A stretch of 63,366 nucleotides of DNA, counting the filler, from Intoshia linei (taxonomy: Eukaryota; Animalia; Orthonectida): the NCBI GenBank assembly GCA_001642005.1. It is 11 parts of 11 records of this genome, joined end to end, with 100 filler letters (N's around TTAATTAATTAA, not from the genome) between each part and the next. Parts side by side here need not be neighbours in the genome. Positions count along the whole stretch, not along the records: positions 46,631 to 63,366 come from LWCA01000861.1; 10 more parts are not named here. The stretch is one strand, 5' to 3'. Shown one piece after another: positions 49,826-63,366 of the stretch. The translations under genes and the position numbers were made by a program. How positions within the stretch are numbered: position 1 is the first letter of the stretch; every line of letters starts with the position of its first letter. Below the pieces are notes generated by a model. The model saw only the letters and a list, made by a program, of their open reading frames with translations, was not told the DNA's origin and did not search any database.

Positions 49826-52800
49826 ATGGAAAACCAAACAATGTATGTTTTATTTCACCTATTTTACCTTTCAAGACTTACACAGTGCTGTAAATGTTGT
49901 GACATTAACCCATTTAAAAAAGTTACTTTTATAAAGTCCGGAGTTAATTGTAATTAGTTAAGAATGTAGCTATATACAGTAAATTAATATAATTTTTTAT
50001 AAGATTCAAATATATAAGTATTTTTACATTTTTAATTATTCAAAGAGTAATATGGAGTCAATAAAAATAAAATAATATAATTATATTCTTCATATCTAAA
50101 TTATCACATATTATATGTCACTTTAAAGGGCTCATACCTACTAACATTATAAATATTTTGAAATTATTTTTTGTTTTTCGTTTAATCTAGGATATGTTTT
50201 ATATTACTTAAACTTTAAATTTCATGTATAATGGTATATCTATTTTTCAGAAAGAGTTAAAAATGACCATTTTTAAATTTAATAAATTTTTTTTATTGAT
50301 CACTTAATTTAATTGTAATTAAGGCTATTTAACATACTTCACGAATGTTAAACCGTATAAGTGTCATGAGACTGGATATTTTTTATCCATTCAATTTAAT
50401 TTACGACAGTGGCTGTTTTCAGTGGAAATTTTGCCTCAATTCTGGAAAACGGTGATCCATTATTTTATTTTTTAAAGTTTTTACATAATATATTTAATTT
50501 TAATACTCACATATGGATAGGTTCTTCATTCGTGAATTTAAAGTGTAATTTACAATTTCCAGTGAAATATATTTACAGAACCGTTCATTTATTTAATAAT
50601 TCACAGATATCAATAAATAGTTCATTTCCTTCACCTTCCTGGAAAAAATAACTATTATTATAAAAATTAGCAGTAATTAATTAATATCGTATACAAAAAC
50701 TACATTAAACAAAAAGTGATGAAATCCACAAAATTTTAGATAAGTCACTTATTTGAAAATTCAGGATACTCAAGAATTTCGATTCCTATTAATAGTTTCA
50801 TCACTATTAAAAACTGAAGCCTATCAAAATAATGAGAACAGAATCTATTATTTACTCTGGTTGAGGAAAATTGAGAATAAATTATATGGAATTATACAAG
50901 TTGTAATCAACTAAGATAGAAAGATGAGCATTAATGCAGTAAATTAATAATGTATATTTATTAGTAATGTTACTATATATTGCTACTATGTATCACTAAG
51001 CGTCATTTTCAGTATAATAATAATTCCAACCGATGAGATAATAATTGAATTTTTAATTGCAAAGTGATAATATTGTTTGACACTTTATGAACATATTTTA
51101 CTCGTACATTGTATTGTACATCACAGTGTATCACATTGAATTTAGCTATTATCATCTATCTTGAAAACTGAGCGGATCAAAAAATAAGGAACTCATAACT
51201 GTACTGAATATCTAAATCACTTCAATAAAACTGTTATATTTTTCAAAAACATTTGTATTTCTATACTGAAACGTTTTTCAATATTTTCATCATATTATTA
51301 ATTTCGGTTGACTGTAAAAATGCAAATAAAATCCATCTATTAATATGCTAATTAAATCCCTAGATGGGTAGAATGATCTACATTTGATATTATATTTCAT
51401 TATCTTAATCTAAAAAACAATTAAATCAATGTATATTTTGTATTACTATTTTTTTCCATTTCAGTCAGTCCATAACTTTGTTACATTTTAATGCGACATT
51501 TGACAATTTTATTCTTAATTATCTACATATCTTATAAATTTGGTGGAATGTATTTTAAAAAATATATACTTTATATAATACAGTTCAAGCCTTAATTTGA
51601 TATGTATATCCAATAACTGAATCCATAATGTACTAAAAACATAGACACTCCCATTTAATTTGATTATATATTACATTTAGAGTAAATAACAGAGCTACAC
51701 CAGAAAAAGATACAGATGCAGTATTAGCATTGTCTAAAAGTTTAGAGTTTAATCAAATCGATAAAATAAACAAAAAAGACGTAGTAAATTTTTCTGTGCC
51801 AAACCAATCTCTTATTATACCACAAAAAGAATATAATTGTAAAATGTTTACCAACAATAAAAAAAATAATACTCAAAATAAAAAATCTAGCTTTAAAGAA
51901 AGGAAGAAAAAAGGATATTACTGTGAAAGTATGAATGATTCTACCTATGAAAATTTTCAAATACTAGAACATAATATTAATGTAGAAATAAATCGAGATA
52001 AACTTGATTTTAGTTCAAACTTGGAAAATTACAATAATTGTATTTATTATAAAAAAAACTCAAATAATTCAAATAAAAATATTAAATTTAATGCAATAAC
52101 TCCAAATATAGATAACGAAAAAAAATATGAAAAATTGGAAAATTCAAATGAAATAGATGCTTATTTTCCTAAATTCGAAGAAAATGACAATCTATTTCAT
52201 GAAAATTTTATTAAAATAAAAAATGACTCTACAAAATGTAATGAAATTGAACACAATTATCTTTATTCTCAAATGATTCATAACTCAAAAGACAATAATA
52301 TGGATATAACCATAAAAAATGATATACTTACCAAAAATATAGAAAGAATTAAAGAAATTGGTAAATATACTTATATTTAATATTGCATCTACCTAATCTA
52401 AAAATGTTATTAATTTAATAACGCTAGTAAACATGGAAATGAGTTCCATATCAAGAACTATTATCCATGATCGTGTTCCAGGTAATAGGTGTTGTATTCT
52501 GTCGAGGCCCACCATGAAAATAATGCAGATTAAATTACTTTTAATGTATTTTTAGCCGAAACATTACTAGTGAATTTTTTAGAAATACAATAACTATTTT
52601 GAAAACTGTAAAGAGTGAATAAATATTTTAATTATTGATAATCAGATAAACATAAAATCAAGAAAACATTTTTATTAATTTAAACTAAAATTTAACCATT
52701 TTTGGCCCCCATTATTCTAACTCAGCAAGCAAAAGCAATTTTTTGATACGTATCTTAATTTTTTTAATCTTTTTAGGCCTGTTCACTTTCTTTTTACACA

Positions 52801-55800
52801 ATTATAAGTTAATATATTAATAAATAGAATAAAACTTAAAATTTAGAAGTTAACAAAACTTTTAATTTTATAATACATACTTTCCAAGACCCAAATTTCA
52901 CATTGTTATCCTTATTTTGATTAAATATATCATACAATCATTGATGTAGTATATCAATATTTCTAAAACTCTTTTACTTGCTGTATAACATATAGTGATT
53001 CCTAAGGTTGGCGGTAGCGCCCACCTAGAGGCTCTGAAGCTGTCAGAGGGACGGTAGAAAAATTTTTAACTTTTGGGGCCCTGGACTAAATTTGGTATTT
53101 TATTATATTATTAATATTTTTTATTGACTTACACTCCGTTTTAAAAATAACACGACTCGATATTTCAGTTTTTTAAAGGCTCTCAAAAGATTGTAGTATA
53201 AAAATACAAGTGAAACTATACACATAATGTTACTACATTTCAAACTAAAAAATATAATTTTCTTTTAGCCCATAATATTAACTAAAAATGTAACTAAACA
53301 GAAGATTAGTCAAAATTGAATATTTTTTACAACAATATTTGTGTTTCAAAAATAACGCGAATTTTCATAATGACTAAATTATTTACTAATATTTAAATAC
53401 CATTAATTTAATATCAAAGCAATTCTGTCATTCATTGAATTGGCCAGTTTTTTTAAAAGATCAGGCGAAATACCACCCCAGTGATTTCTAATAGCACTCT
53501 TTATGCTTTCTATAGAATAATAATGTGTATTGTTGTAGACAGCTCTGGACATAATACCACATAGGTTTTCGATCAGATTGAGGTCGGGTTACATAGGATA
53601 CCATGGTAAAAATGCAATATTAACCTCTTCACAATATGCCTTTGTCGATCTTGATGCATGGATGTCGCATTATCTTGCTGATATATCAAATAGGTATCCT
53701 GTATAGTATACATCAGTGGCCAACCTTTTTTTGATGCGATCGACTTTAAAATTTTTCAATGAGTGGTGATCGACTAATACATTGACTAGAAAAATGTTTC
53801 TGATCGGAACCTATTTCAAAAAAATCGCTTTGCAGAAACCAATACAAAATTTTAACTAAATATTTTTTGTGTGATTGTAGAAAACATAAAAATTAAAATT
53901 CGGAATAATTCCCAGCACTTTCGCTGTATATTTGAAAATTATCGGCAAAACCTAGTTTAAGAAATAGTGAACTAATTTATTTATTAGATAACAATTTAAA
54001 CAAGTGCCTTCGCTTTATTGAAATGTGTAGAAATTTTAACAAAATTAAAAATAAATTATATATATCAATATTAAATTTTTTATCATTTTAATAACGAGTA
54101 TTATTAAAATAAATAATTAATTTTATTTTTTTAATTTTGGCGATCAACAAGAAAATCATCTGAGATTGACAGGTTGGGCATCCCTGGTATACATCAACTT
54201 AAATTGTTTCATGTATATTTATGAAATTTGTGCGGCCCGCATACCAAAAAGTTTGCTCATCCCTGCTGTATACAGTCAATTCTCCAGAGACGAACGTCTT
54301 CAGAGATGAACATTTTTATAATAAACATTATTTTTTTGATTTGAACAAAAATACATAATAAAAATTGAAAATATCTCTGTTTGAAAAAATTTTCAAGTTG
54401 AACAAAAAATAAGCAATCGAAAAATATAAAGAAATAAAATATTATAATATTATCACGTGAAATCATACAAAATATTAAAACAACCAAAGAAAACTTATAA
54501 AATATACCCAAATATAAAATCGCAGTTGGTATAGTTTAAATACTTAAAGATACTAAAGCAGTTAAGAAACCAATGAACAATGTATACCCGGTAAAAACAA
54601 GAAAATTAAGCAAAATTTATTTAAATATGGAATTATATTACTTGATTGTTTTCACACAAGCGGAATCTAAACTTTATAATCAATGATGAAGATGTTAGAC
54701 CAGCTACACCGAAACAATAGGGGAAATTGTAAAGAAAATTTTACGGCGTCTACTGGGTGGCACGATAATTTTAAAAAAAGACATACTATAAAATACTAAT
54801 CACTGATTGGTAATCTCTAAAAGGTGATCCAAATTTTATTGATACTAATTTGCTTGACAAGTTTAAGGAAGATTTTGAAAAATATGCAAAAATTGTAAGT
54901 TACAATTTGTAATAAGAAACATATTTTTAATTGTAATGAAACAGGTCTCAATTTTAAACAAACCATAAACAAATCTCTTAATTTTAAAGGATGTAAAACA
55001 ACTAAATCGTCTAAAAAATTTAAAGAATTATTAAAAATACTATTTTGTTGCTCATACTTATAAAAAAATTTACACATTTTGTCAGATATTAATCAAAAAA
55101 CCTCAATGTTTTAAAAAAATCTTAATATTGATTATACTTAACAACATTTGTTCATTTCTTCTATATTGAATATTTTGATATTTATCTTTGAAAAATTTAC
55201 AGTAGTGGCATATTATTGAAAATTAAATTCTGACAATAATCGAAGTTAATTTTTATATTAACCAAAGACAATAGGTGTCTTTCCACGTCCCAAAAATGCT
55301 GCCTATACCATTATACCACCACCTTTACATTGTCTTTTAGGCTTTTGGAATCTTTTCTTACTGATAATAATAATAAATAATAAGTGTATAATAAAGAATT
55401 TTTTGATAACACGCCATACTGTTGATGCTGATACACAATTTTCAGTATCTTTGACAATGTCCCTTACAGATTTTGTTGAATTAGATGCATTTTGAATAAT
55501 TTCCCTTTCCAAATAAGGAGTGATTTTATATGGCCTATCTCTTTGATGATTTTTAGTTTCATTTTTTAGTATTCTATGTATGGTAGATTTGTGTACTTTG
55601 AATTATTGAGACATTTCTACTACAGATTTGTTTTCTAATCTCAACATAAATACTACTTTTCTACTACATTGTATAATATTTCTATTAACATTAACATATT
55701 GTTTTGTTTTTATGTGAGAATCTACAAAAAACGACTTTTCAAATTTGACTACTACATCATTTGATAAAATATAAGGTTAGTAAGATTACAAATAAATTAC

Positions 55801-58800
55801 ATGGAGTACATCCATACAAATTAATTTATTGAAAAATTTTACCAGAACCGAACCTATTCAAAATATATTTTAGACATTTCAAAAATGCCTAAAAGTGTAA
55901 CCATGTGCTTAAAACGCATTTTCTCGTATTCTACTTCAAAAAAAATTGATTTTAATGACTAAAACTTGCCATAGTTATAACATGCATAATATAGAGTAAT
56001 AATTGTACAACAACAAAAAATTTAAGGAGCGGTGAATATTTTTATGATGCTGTGGTGAAAAGGGTTAGGAATCACTGCACTACACTTTGATCATAACTAC
56101 ACGGATACTACTAAAAACAACATTATATGTATCAAATTTTTATTTTTATTGGCACTTATTATCAATAACCTTTTTTTGTAAAAATATTTTGACAGAGTCA
56201 ATCTTAATACCTTAACAAAAATAGTATATTATTTACACCGTAGTCATGTTCATAAGCGGTTGTCCAAACTATTTTTCAGCGTTACCGTGCGGTGTTATCA
56301 AAATGTCACCCCATTATTCGTACATTTTCCATCATCCCTATTAATTTAAAATACGAGTCCCGTCATATGGTCCCTATTTATAACTATATTTTCTGAATAA
56401 ATACAACAAACACGTTGGTGTATCGTGAAATATTAGATCTTTACTTATGTGTCACCAAAAGAATTTTTTAGAAATTGTGGTTTGTAGTACAAACTTTGTA
56501 CTGACATTGAACTGCTCTAAAATTTCTTAATGAAATTTAATGGTCCATGGAAGTCGTTTATATTATATGAAAGGTATGTAATATTGTATAATAAAAAATG
56601 ATACAGTATACGTTACATTTATTTAAAATATTTATTTAATAGAAAAAATTGTTTGTTATTTATGTCAAAACTTCATCGAAGATCCTTACATGAACTCTTT
56701 GGTTTGCAAGAAGGCAAAGGTTATGTATAGAATACATGAAAAATGTAAGAATGTATTAATATAAGTTATTTTTTTAGGTAATAAATGTTCCATATGCAAA
56801 AATTACGTGTCTGGATCGTCTTTTATACACGAAGGGAACCTGTATTGCAAAGAGGATTATATGAAGTAATTAGTTAATTTTATAATTATTTTTGAAAATG
56901 ATTTTAAATCATGTTATGTTTTGTTTAATATTTCAATTAATTAAAAAAAACTGTATATTTGAGTCTTCAATAAATGATGACCATTAACCCATATACTCCC
57001 AGACAAATTTTTTCCAATTTTTTGGCTTCGATTTTTTCAAAAATTTGGGAAGTTAATACATACTTGCTTATTTCTCACCATATATAATTTTAGGTAATTA
57101 CCAATTGTAGTTATGGAGTTATTTCACATTCCATATGTTCACATTGGGAGAATAAGGCAAATAAAAGCGTGTATATATAAAACCGCATCGTCAATATACC
57201 TAATTATTTCATCAAATTGTAGCCAATACATGAATTCATCATATGGTATTCATTAAATTCAGTTATCACAACTTTAACAAAAAAAANAATTTTAGGTAAT
57301 TACCAATTGTAGTTATGGAGTTATTTCACATTCCATATGTTCACATTGGGAGAATAAGGCAAATAAAAGCGTGTATATATAAAACCGCATCGTCAATATA
57401 CCTAATTATTTTATCATATGGTATTCATTAAATTCAGGTATCACAACTTTAACAATAAAAAATATAAAAAATTTTTTCAGTGAATTTTTTTTTGCTTTGA
57501 AAAATCATTTTGGCCCACTGTCAGTGACACAGGAGGCTAATCGGTGAAAACTCATAACTAATATACTCGAATGTTATATAATATACTAATTAATTTAATT
57601 TTTCATATTTAATTAACTTTGTTTCAATTTGATACGTGTTTTTATAAATGTAATGTGTGACCATATGGTCACACTGGGAGTATATGGGTTAATATAATAT
57701 TAATCAAACAAACAGAATTATTAATGAAAAGTTAAATATATATAAAGCACATATATTGTCGAGAGAGCAAGGTTCGAACTTCGAATAAGTGATACCACTA
57801 TATTTAATGTTTAACTCATATTTATATGAATATTTATTTGATATGTAATTCAACTGATTATACGTAGATAATGTATTTAAATTCTATTCTGGATAATAAT
57901 ATTTATAAAGACATATATCACTTAAAACCACTATGACCAATATCAATAATGTCTATGGCGTCATCACCAGTACTAACAGAATATGACCAAAATAAAATCC
58001 TAATTTTTTTGAACTAAGAAAAATTAATGGTAAAAATGAAAAATACACAAACTTATATTTTATAAAATTGCAATGTACATAATATATAAATAATTTAAAT
58101 TTTTTTTAATTGCATATGCATATGTAAAAAAAGTTAAAAATAAAGAAATTGGTAAATGATATGTATCGATCAGCGATGTATACTGATGTAAGAAATAATT
58201 TGATATTAAGTGACATCTATTGATTTATGCGAGGAAATAAATAAAGTGTCACATCGTATGTAATATATTGTTTATCGATTATTTAACAATAAATATATGT
58301 AATATCGATGAATTTATCATTTTGGCAATATATTGTTTATTTCAAAAATTATTTATAATAATTAAACTTAAATGACATGTATTTAACCACAATATAATTT
58401 AATTTAACCAGTTTTTAACAAAGGTCACACATTGAAATTTACAGAATACAGTCGATTGTATCCTATATGAACATTTCAATTTTATTTTTTTAACGATGTT
58501 CAGTTGAAAAAATTTTTTTAATTTCAGTCATGGTTATTCATTTGAATACTTTATTCTAAACTTTACCCACGGCGCACCGGTTAAGTATCACTGCTCTAGA
58601 GTCTAGACTTATTGTAAATCACAAATAGACACTACCAGTCTCTCCACAAATTTGGAATTTACAGTTTCCATTTGAGATACAAAAAAGTTGTATGAAATGG
58701 AAAAATATAATATTTTTAAATGAAAAAATTTGGAAAAATGACATTTTTTCGGCTACGTTAATTTCTATTTGATCTTAAGTGATCACTTTTTAGAAGTAAA

Positions 58801-61800
58801 ATTAATTTAAATTTTATAGTTTTGTTATAACATCTTAAAAAGTGGTCATTTATACAAAGCGGTCTCCCCTTCGAGCTGTTCACTTTTCGAGCGTATACTG
58901 TATGTTTAAATAAAGTATAGAGATAAAATTAGTTTTGATATTTAAAAAAAATCTACCCTGTAAAAATAAAATGTACCGGTAAATTACCATCCCTAATAAA
59001 TACATCATATACCTACTCATCTGTTATGTACTTTGTATAAAGAGTATGTAGATCTGCCGAGAGCTTAACTATAACTTTAAAGATATACTATTCATAAACT
59101 ACCTTTTTGGAACTCCCTATTGTGTATTTACAATTTAGAAAATAGTGTGTGCACAAAAATTTTCACAAAGACCATAAAATGATTCGACGGGACATGTTAA
59201 GAATACCTGCACTAGATAGTTTCACATTTCCTTTAAGCTTTGTTTTTAAGATTTGAAAAAATACTTAATTAACTTACCTGATAAAATCTCTAATGAGTAA
59301 GTAATGAAATGCATACCCCGGAAGGGATGACCATAACCATTATATTGAAATGTAGAATAATTTCGTTATAATTTTTTTAGTAACTCTAACCCATAATTAT
59401 TTTCTATAAGTTGAATAAATATTTTAATTCATGATATATCAATGAAAAGAAGTTAAGAAAACATGTTTCAAATAATTTATTTATAATAAATCCCAATTCG
59501 GTCTTGACACGGCACTGATAATAGTTGATAAAATTAACGGATTTTTATTATATTATTGGAATTTTTTTATGCACAAAATAAACAGGAGTAAAGAATGTTT
59601 TTTACTTTAGAAAATTCACTTTTTCATAAATAGTCGACTTCACATTCATACAGGACACTATTGATTCTATATTATTATTTTTAACTATGTAATACAATTA
59701 AACATATAATAATAATTTTAGTTGACTAAATATTACATAATAATTTAATATACAATAGATATCATTTGAAAGACTGCAATATTTGTGGAGAGAAAATAAC
59801 ACCAATTGTCATGTATTGTGATATAAATAATAAAAAATTTGCCTGCCACGAAAAATGTTTGAATTGCAGTTATTGTGGAAATTATTTAAAAGAAGGAAGT
59901 GGCGTAACACTTTTTAAAGATAAAATTTACTGTTTGCCCTGCCGTGACTACATTGAATATGACAATTGTTTAAATTGTGAAACACTACAAGATGATATAT
60001 GTAATTAATATTATGTAATATAGTAATTTATACATTTCAATTTAATAACAACTTGTTATATACTGTTGTTATTAACAACACTGTTTAACATGAATTTATA
60101 AAATAATGTATGAATTAATATTAAATATCATACAAATAATTATTACTTAATGCTATAAAGTTCTACATAGTATGTAATGTAATTTATTGTGTGCATATAG
60201 ACGAGGATATAAATTTTTATTCTATAAAAAATGCCAAAAGACCTAGAACAGTATTAACACTGCAACAACGAAATTTATTCATTGATACGTTTAAAATGAA
60301 CTCAAAGCCCTCCAGAAAAGTAATACGTTTAATAAGAATACATATTACAATACTAAAACTAACATTATTAGTCTGGCTAGTGGTGGCTTGTCATAGAGGG
60401 ATGCAGGGCTGCCGGTCCTCAAAAATAAAATGTTTACAAATTAAAAAATTTATTTACAAAATTACAATTTTGTAATACATTGTACATATTTTATATGTAC
60501 TAGTATATGAATATAACATAAGTACTACATATATTATATATAGTATTATTATTATAATATAATGTTGTACATAGTAAATAGCAATTGTAATACCTGTGAC
60601 GGCACTATTCGCATCTTGATATTTGTAAATATCGCTGTGTAACAGTCATATATGATATATTCATATTAGCGTAAACAAATATTACATAATATTCATATTA
60701 GACAGAAACCACTGTATTTACACTATTATAAACTTAGAACATGTAAATCAGTAGAACGATAATTATTGTTCAGTATACTTTTTTCACAGTTTATTAGCTG
60801 ATTTAAGAATAATTTATGTCAGTGATTCAGTTTTTTGACAGCGAATTTATCTTAAAATTTTTGATATACATTACAATATTATTTTATTTATGTTACAAAT
60901 AGACTCGAGAATCGCTTGCAAATTCAACCGGATTGAAGCCAAGAGTAGTTCAAGTGTGGTTTCAGGTAATTTATAATTTTATTAGAGAAAAGAATACGGG
61001 TAAAGAATATATAAATTCACATCCACATGTACAACTTTTTAAATCTGAAACTTGAACAACATCGGAGATTTACAAAATTTTAAAGAATTATATTATTATA
61101 ATAATATGCAATAATTATTGTACAATTCGTCAAATTTTCTTATCGAATGTGCTCTACAATTAATGTATATAAATTAAGATATATAAGTAAATTAAATTTC
61201 AAAACTTCTAACAAATATATAGAGGACTGGATTATTAGCTCATTTTTTTTTGAAACTGACAAAATGAATGACGAAGATTCTTTCAAATATGAAACACAAT
61301 TCAATACAAAAAACGTGAAAATTATTAGGGCATGATTGTTAAAAGTGTAAAATTTGTTAACTAAAACATCAGAATCTTTAATTTCTTTTCAAACTACATA
61401 ATATGTATACATATACAATAGGGCAGTGTTTCCCAACCTTTTTTATCACATTACCCATATGATTGTACTTATTTTAATATTACCCATAATATTTTTAATA
61501 TTTAACTGCATATTGGAATAAAAGTCTATATGTTTTAAAAACGCGATGTATATGTCAGAATTAATTTTGACTCCATCATCTAACTTGTATAAAGTATGTA
61601 TGTAACTATGTATAAAGTGATACAGAAAGATTTTAACACGTGATAATAGTACATAATAATGAGCACAGTAAAAAAATGTACATCTGTATATCAAGACAAA
61701 ATGTATTGACCGATATGACTAATATAATCGGGTTCTACTCACTATATAATTTTTTAATATACATATTATTTTTTTATAATTGATTCAGAAATGTTTAGAA

Positions 61801-61906
61801 TCAAAGGGCCAAAGTAATAACTTCCAATATTATTATTTTAATCTATCAAAAATGTATATTTAGATTAAAAAAACGGATAAATCATATTCAGATGTTGAAG
61901 AAAAAG
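49826..61906 (+). CDS. LMX1: Lmx1-type LIM-homeodomain transcription factor, multi-exon (further 3' exons probably in 62400-62950)
   Basis: Phase-compatible exons: 49826-49842 (MENQT, tentative), 51681-52360 (Asn/Lys-rich), 56643-56744 and 56778-56865 (LIM1: CYLC..HEKCNKCSIC..YCKED), 59759-60000 (LIM2), 60201-60319 (KRPRTVLTLQQR...SKPSRK), 60903-60965 (TRESLA..TGL..RVVQVWFQ), 61799-61813 (NQRAK), 61864-61906. The homeodomain matches Lmx1 (KRPRTILTTQQR...SKPCRKVRETLA). Confidence 0.88.
53714..54186. mobile_element. hAT MITE nested in Tc1
   Basis: CAGTGGCCAACCT ... AGGTTGGGCATCCCTG; perfect TSD GTATACAT. Confidence 0.85.
54440..54790 (+). mobile_element. Tigger/pogo CENP-B HTH remnant
   Basis: ENFTASTGWHDNFKKRH at ~54733-54785. 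Confidence 0.7.
56988..57688. mobile_element. piggyBac-type MITE
   Basis: TTAA|CCCATATACTCCCAG ... CTGGGAGTATATGGG|TTAA; subterminal palindrome gtgtgaccatatggtcacac. Confidence 0.93.
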
Positions 61907-62215
61907 GTTACCATATTTAAATTTAGCTTAAGTAAAGCTCATTTACTCGTTTTATTATATTTACGTTAAAGTGGGCAGAAAAATACATACTATCACTTTT
62001 AGTTTATTTGGAATAAATTTTAACCCGAAAATTTTTGTTCGTCATCATAGATAAGTAGTTTTGGCTTTACATTTATCACCAAATAAATTAAAATTGATAG
62101 TACGTATTTTTTCTGGCCACTTTATTTAAGTATTAAAATATAATTTAATGTTTAATAACTAAACGTATATGATCCATTCTCTGTCATATATTAAAAACAC
62201 GATAAATTTAAATTA

Positions 62216-62409
62216 CCGTATTTTTCGGAGTATAAGGCGCTAGAAATTTTATTAGGAGACTTCTATGAAAAATTAAGAATCAAATGGTACAATATATAGT
62301 TAGAAAAAAATTTTCACTTCCAAAATCATCATATAAGGCGCACTGGCGTATAAGGCGCATTCCTAATTTTTCATGTAAAATGGTGCACCTTATACTCCGA
62401 AAAATACGG
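62216..62409. mobile_element. pogo/Tc2-type MITE
   Basis: TA|CCGTATTTTTCGGAGTATAAGG ... CCTTATACTCCGAAAAATACGG|TA. Confidence 0.92.
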
Positions 62410-63366
62410 TATATGCTGGCATATTTCCTTTTACATTCTTTGTTAGGTTGATTCGTATATTTCAGGATATTACAAAATTATTATAGAAAATGTAATATTA
62501 AGGCTCTATTAAGATATTATGACATAAAAAAATAAAATATACTATATTTTAAAATACATTCTAAAAAGGAATGCATCACAATTACGCCAATGTTGACTAA
62601 AAAGTAATAACGATACATGGTAATGTTCATAAACTTAAACTCTTTCGAATGTGCATAAAAATAATGCATATTTGAAATTAACATGAGTTAATTATTAAAA
62701 TATATAATTATTTGTTTAATTAAAATTATACTTAACTATACTTAATTTTAATTTATCACAACATAGAGGTGAATCCCGTTTTGTTGCGTATTGCACGCTA
62801 CCATACGCACATTTTAAGTCTATCTATGAGTACGAGTCTTGGATATTATTTCCTGTAGGTTACTTAAATTGAAATATTTATGTTTTATTTGCTAGAGAAT
62901 GGCTCATATAATAAACACATTATATATGATTAATTAAACATTCATGTGATTATTTATGTTAATAAATATGATATTACAATATATACAAAGTTATAAAATT
63001 TATACATTATAATAAATTCTTATATTGATTCTCAAAAATATCTACATAATTTACAATATAGAAGATCAACAAATAATCACAAAAACTGCAAAGAAATCAA
63101 CAGAATGTAATAGCGAAAATAACACAATAATAACTCATCAAAAATCAACTTTTTTATTTTAAATAAATTATATTATTAACCACCAAATATCACATTTAAA
63201 GTTATCATAGTCATATAAAATATATTTCTCAAAGGGCCACTAGAAACATCAAGGGACTATGTAAAATGTTTTCTATTTGGGGGAAAAAGTAAATTATAGG
63301 GCCCATAAAAAATTATATATATTTTAATGTATTAATATATAATTTATTTCGAATACATCAATTCTC

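Larger units (their letters stand above)
53400..55650 (-). mobile_element. Tc1/Tc3-like transposase remnant split by nested insertions, in an Lmx1 intron
   Basis: N-terminal part 55650-55260 (VSASTVWRV, KRQCKGGGIMV) and C-terminal part 53700-53400 (PWYP..PDLNLIENLCG...LANSMNDRI). Confidence 0.8.

Noticed and set aside
54257-54511. Hydrophobic minus-strand ORF as a membrane protein (similarly 4486-4782, 10276-10518, 16298-16540, 45444-45701, 51742-51960)
   Set aside because: Antisense or off-frame shadows of real genes and transposases, or of A-rich sequence.
57086-57455. Tandem duplications next to single n bases (also 24320-24425 and ~27625-27830)
   Set aside because: Each abuts a lone n, typical of unmerged contig overlaps; probably assembly artefacts.
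57764-57790. GGTTCGAAC B-box suggesting a tRNA or SINE
   Set aside because: No cloverleaf or A-box can be built around it.

Overview
Eukaryotic, very AT-rich animal (bilaterian) scaffold, not prokaryotic. It has spliceosomal genes with many tiny introns (25-60 nt) plus a few kb-sized, transposon-filled introns, and ten 100-bp assembly gaps carrying an artificial TTAATTAATTAA spacer. A compact-intron invertebrate such as an orthonectid would fit, but that is inference only. Host genes: SLC12A8-like transporter (minus, partial), intronless rhodopsin-type peptide GPCR, last exon of an SLC25A19-like mitochondrial carrier, Rab10/Rab8-like GTPase head-to-head with Aquarius (AQR, partial), FBXO42-like F-box/kelch, a CUB-like/sushi single-pass membrane protein, a 146-aa globin, and an Lmx1-type LIM-homeobox gene spread over about 12-13 kb with a 15-nt micro-exon. 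There are also decayed fragments of VAChT and an ERG K+ channel. Transposons span many groups: hAT-Buster with TSDs, hATm, other hAT, Tc1/mariner/pogo, piggyBac, PIF/Harbinger, Ginger2-like, possible Sola1 and Transib, Ty3/gypsy, a CR1-like LINE and a non-autonomous Helitron family. The standout is absent from the ORF track: a fossil of a rhabdovirus-like L-polymerase capping domain (endogenous negative-strand RNA virus element) at 14790-15074, wedged between hATm ends and a gypsy integrase remnant. All homology calls come from hand translation and remembered family motifs, not from searches.
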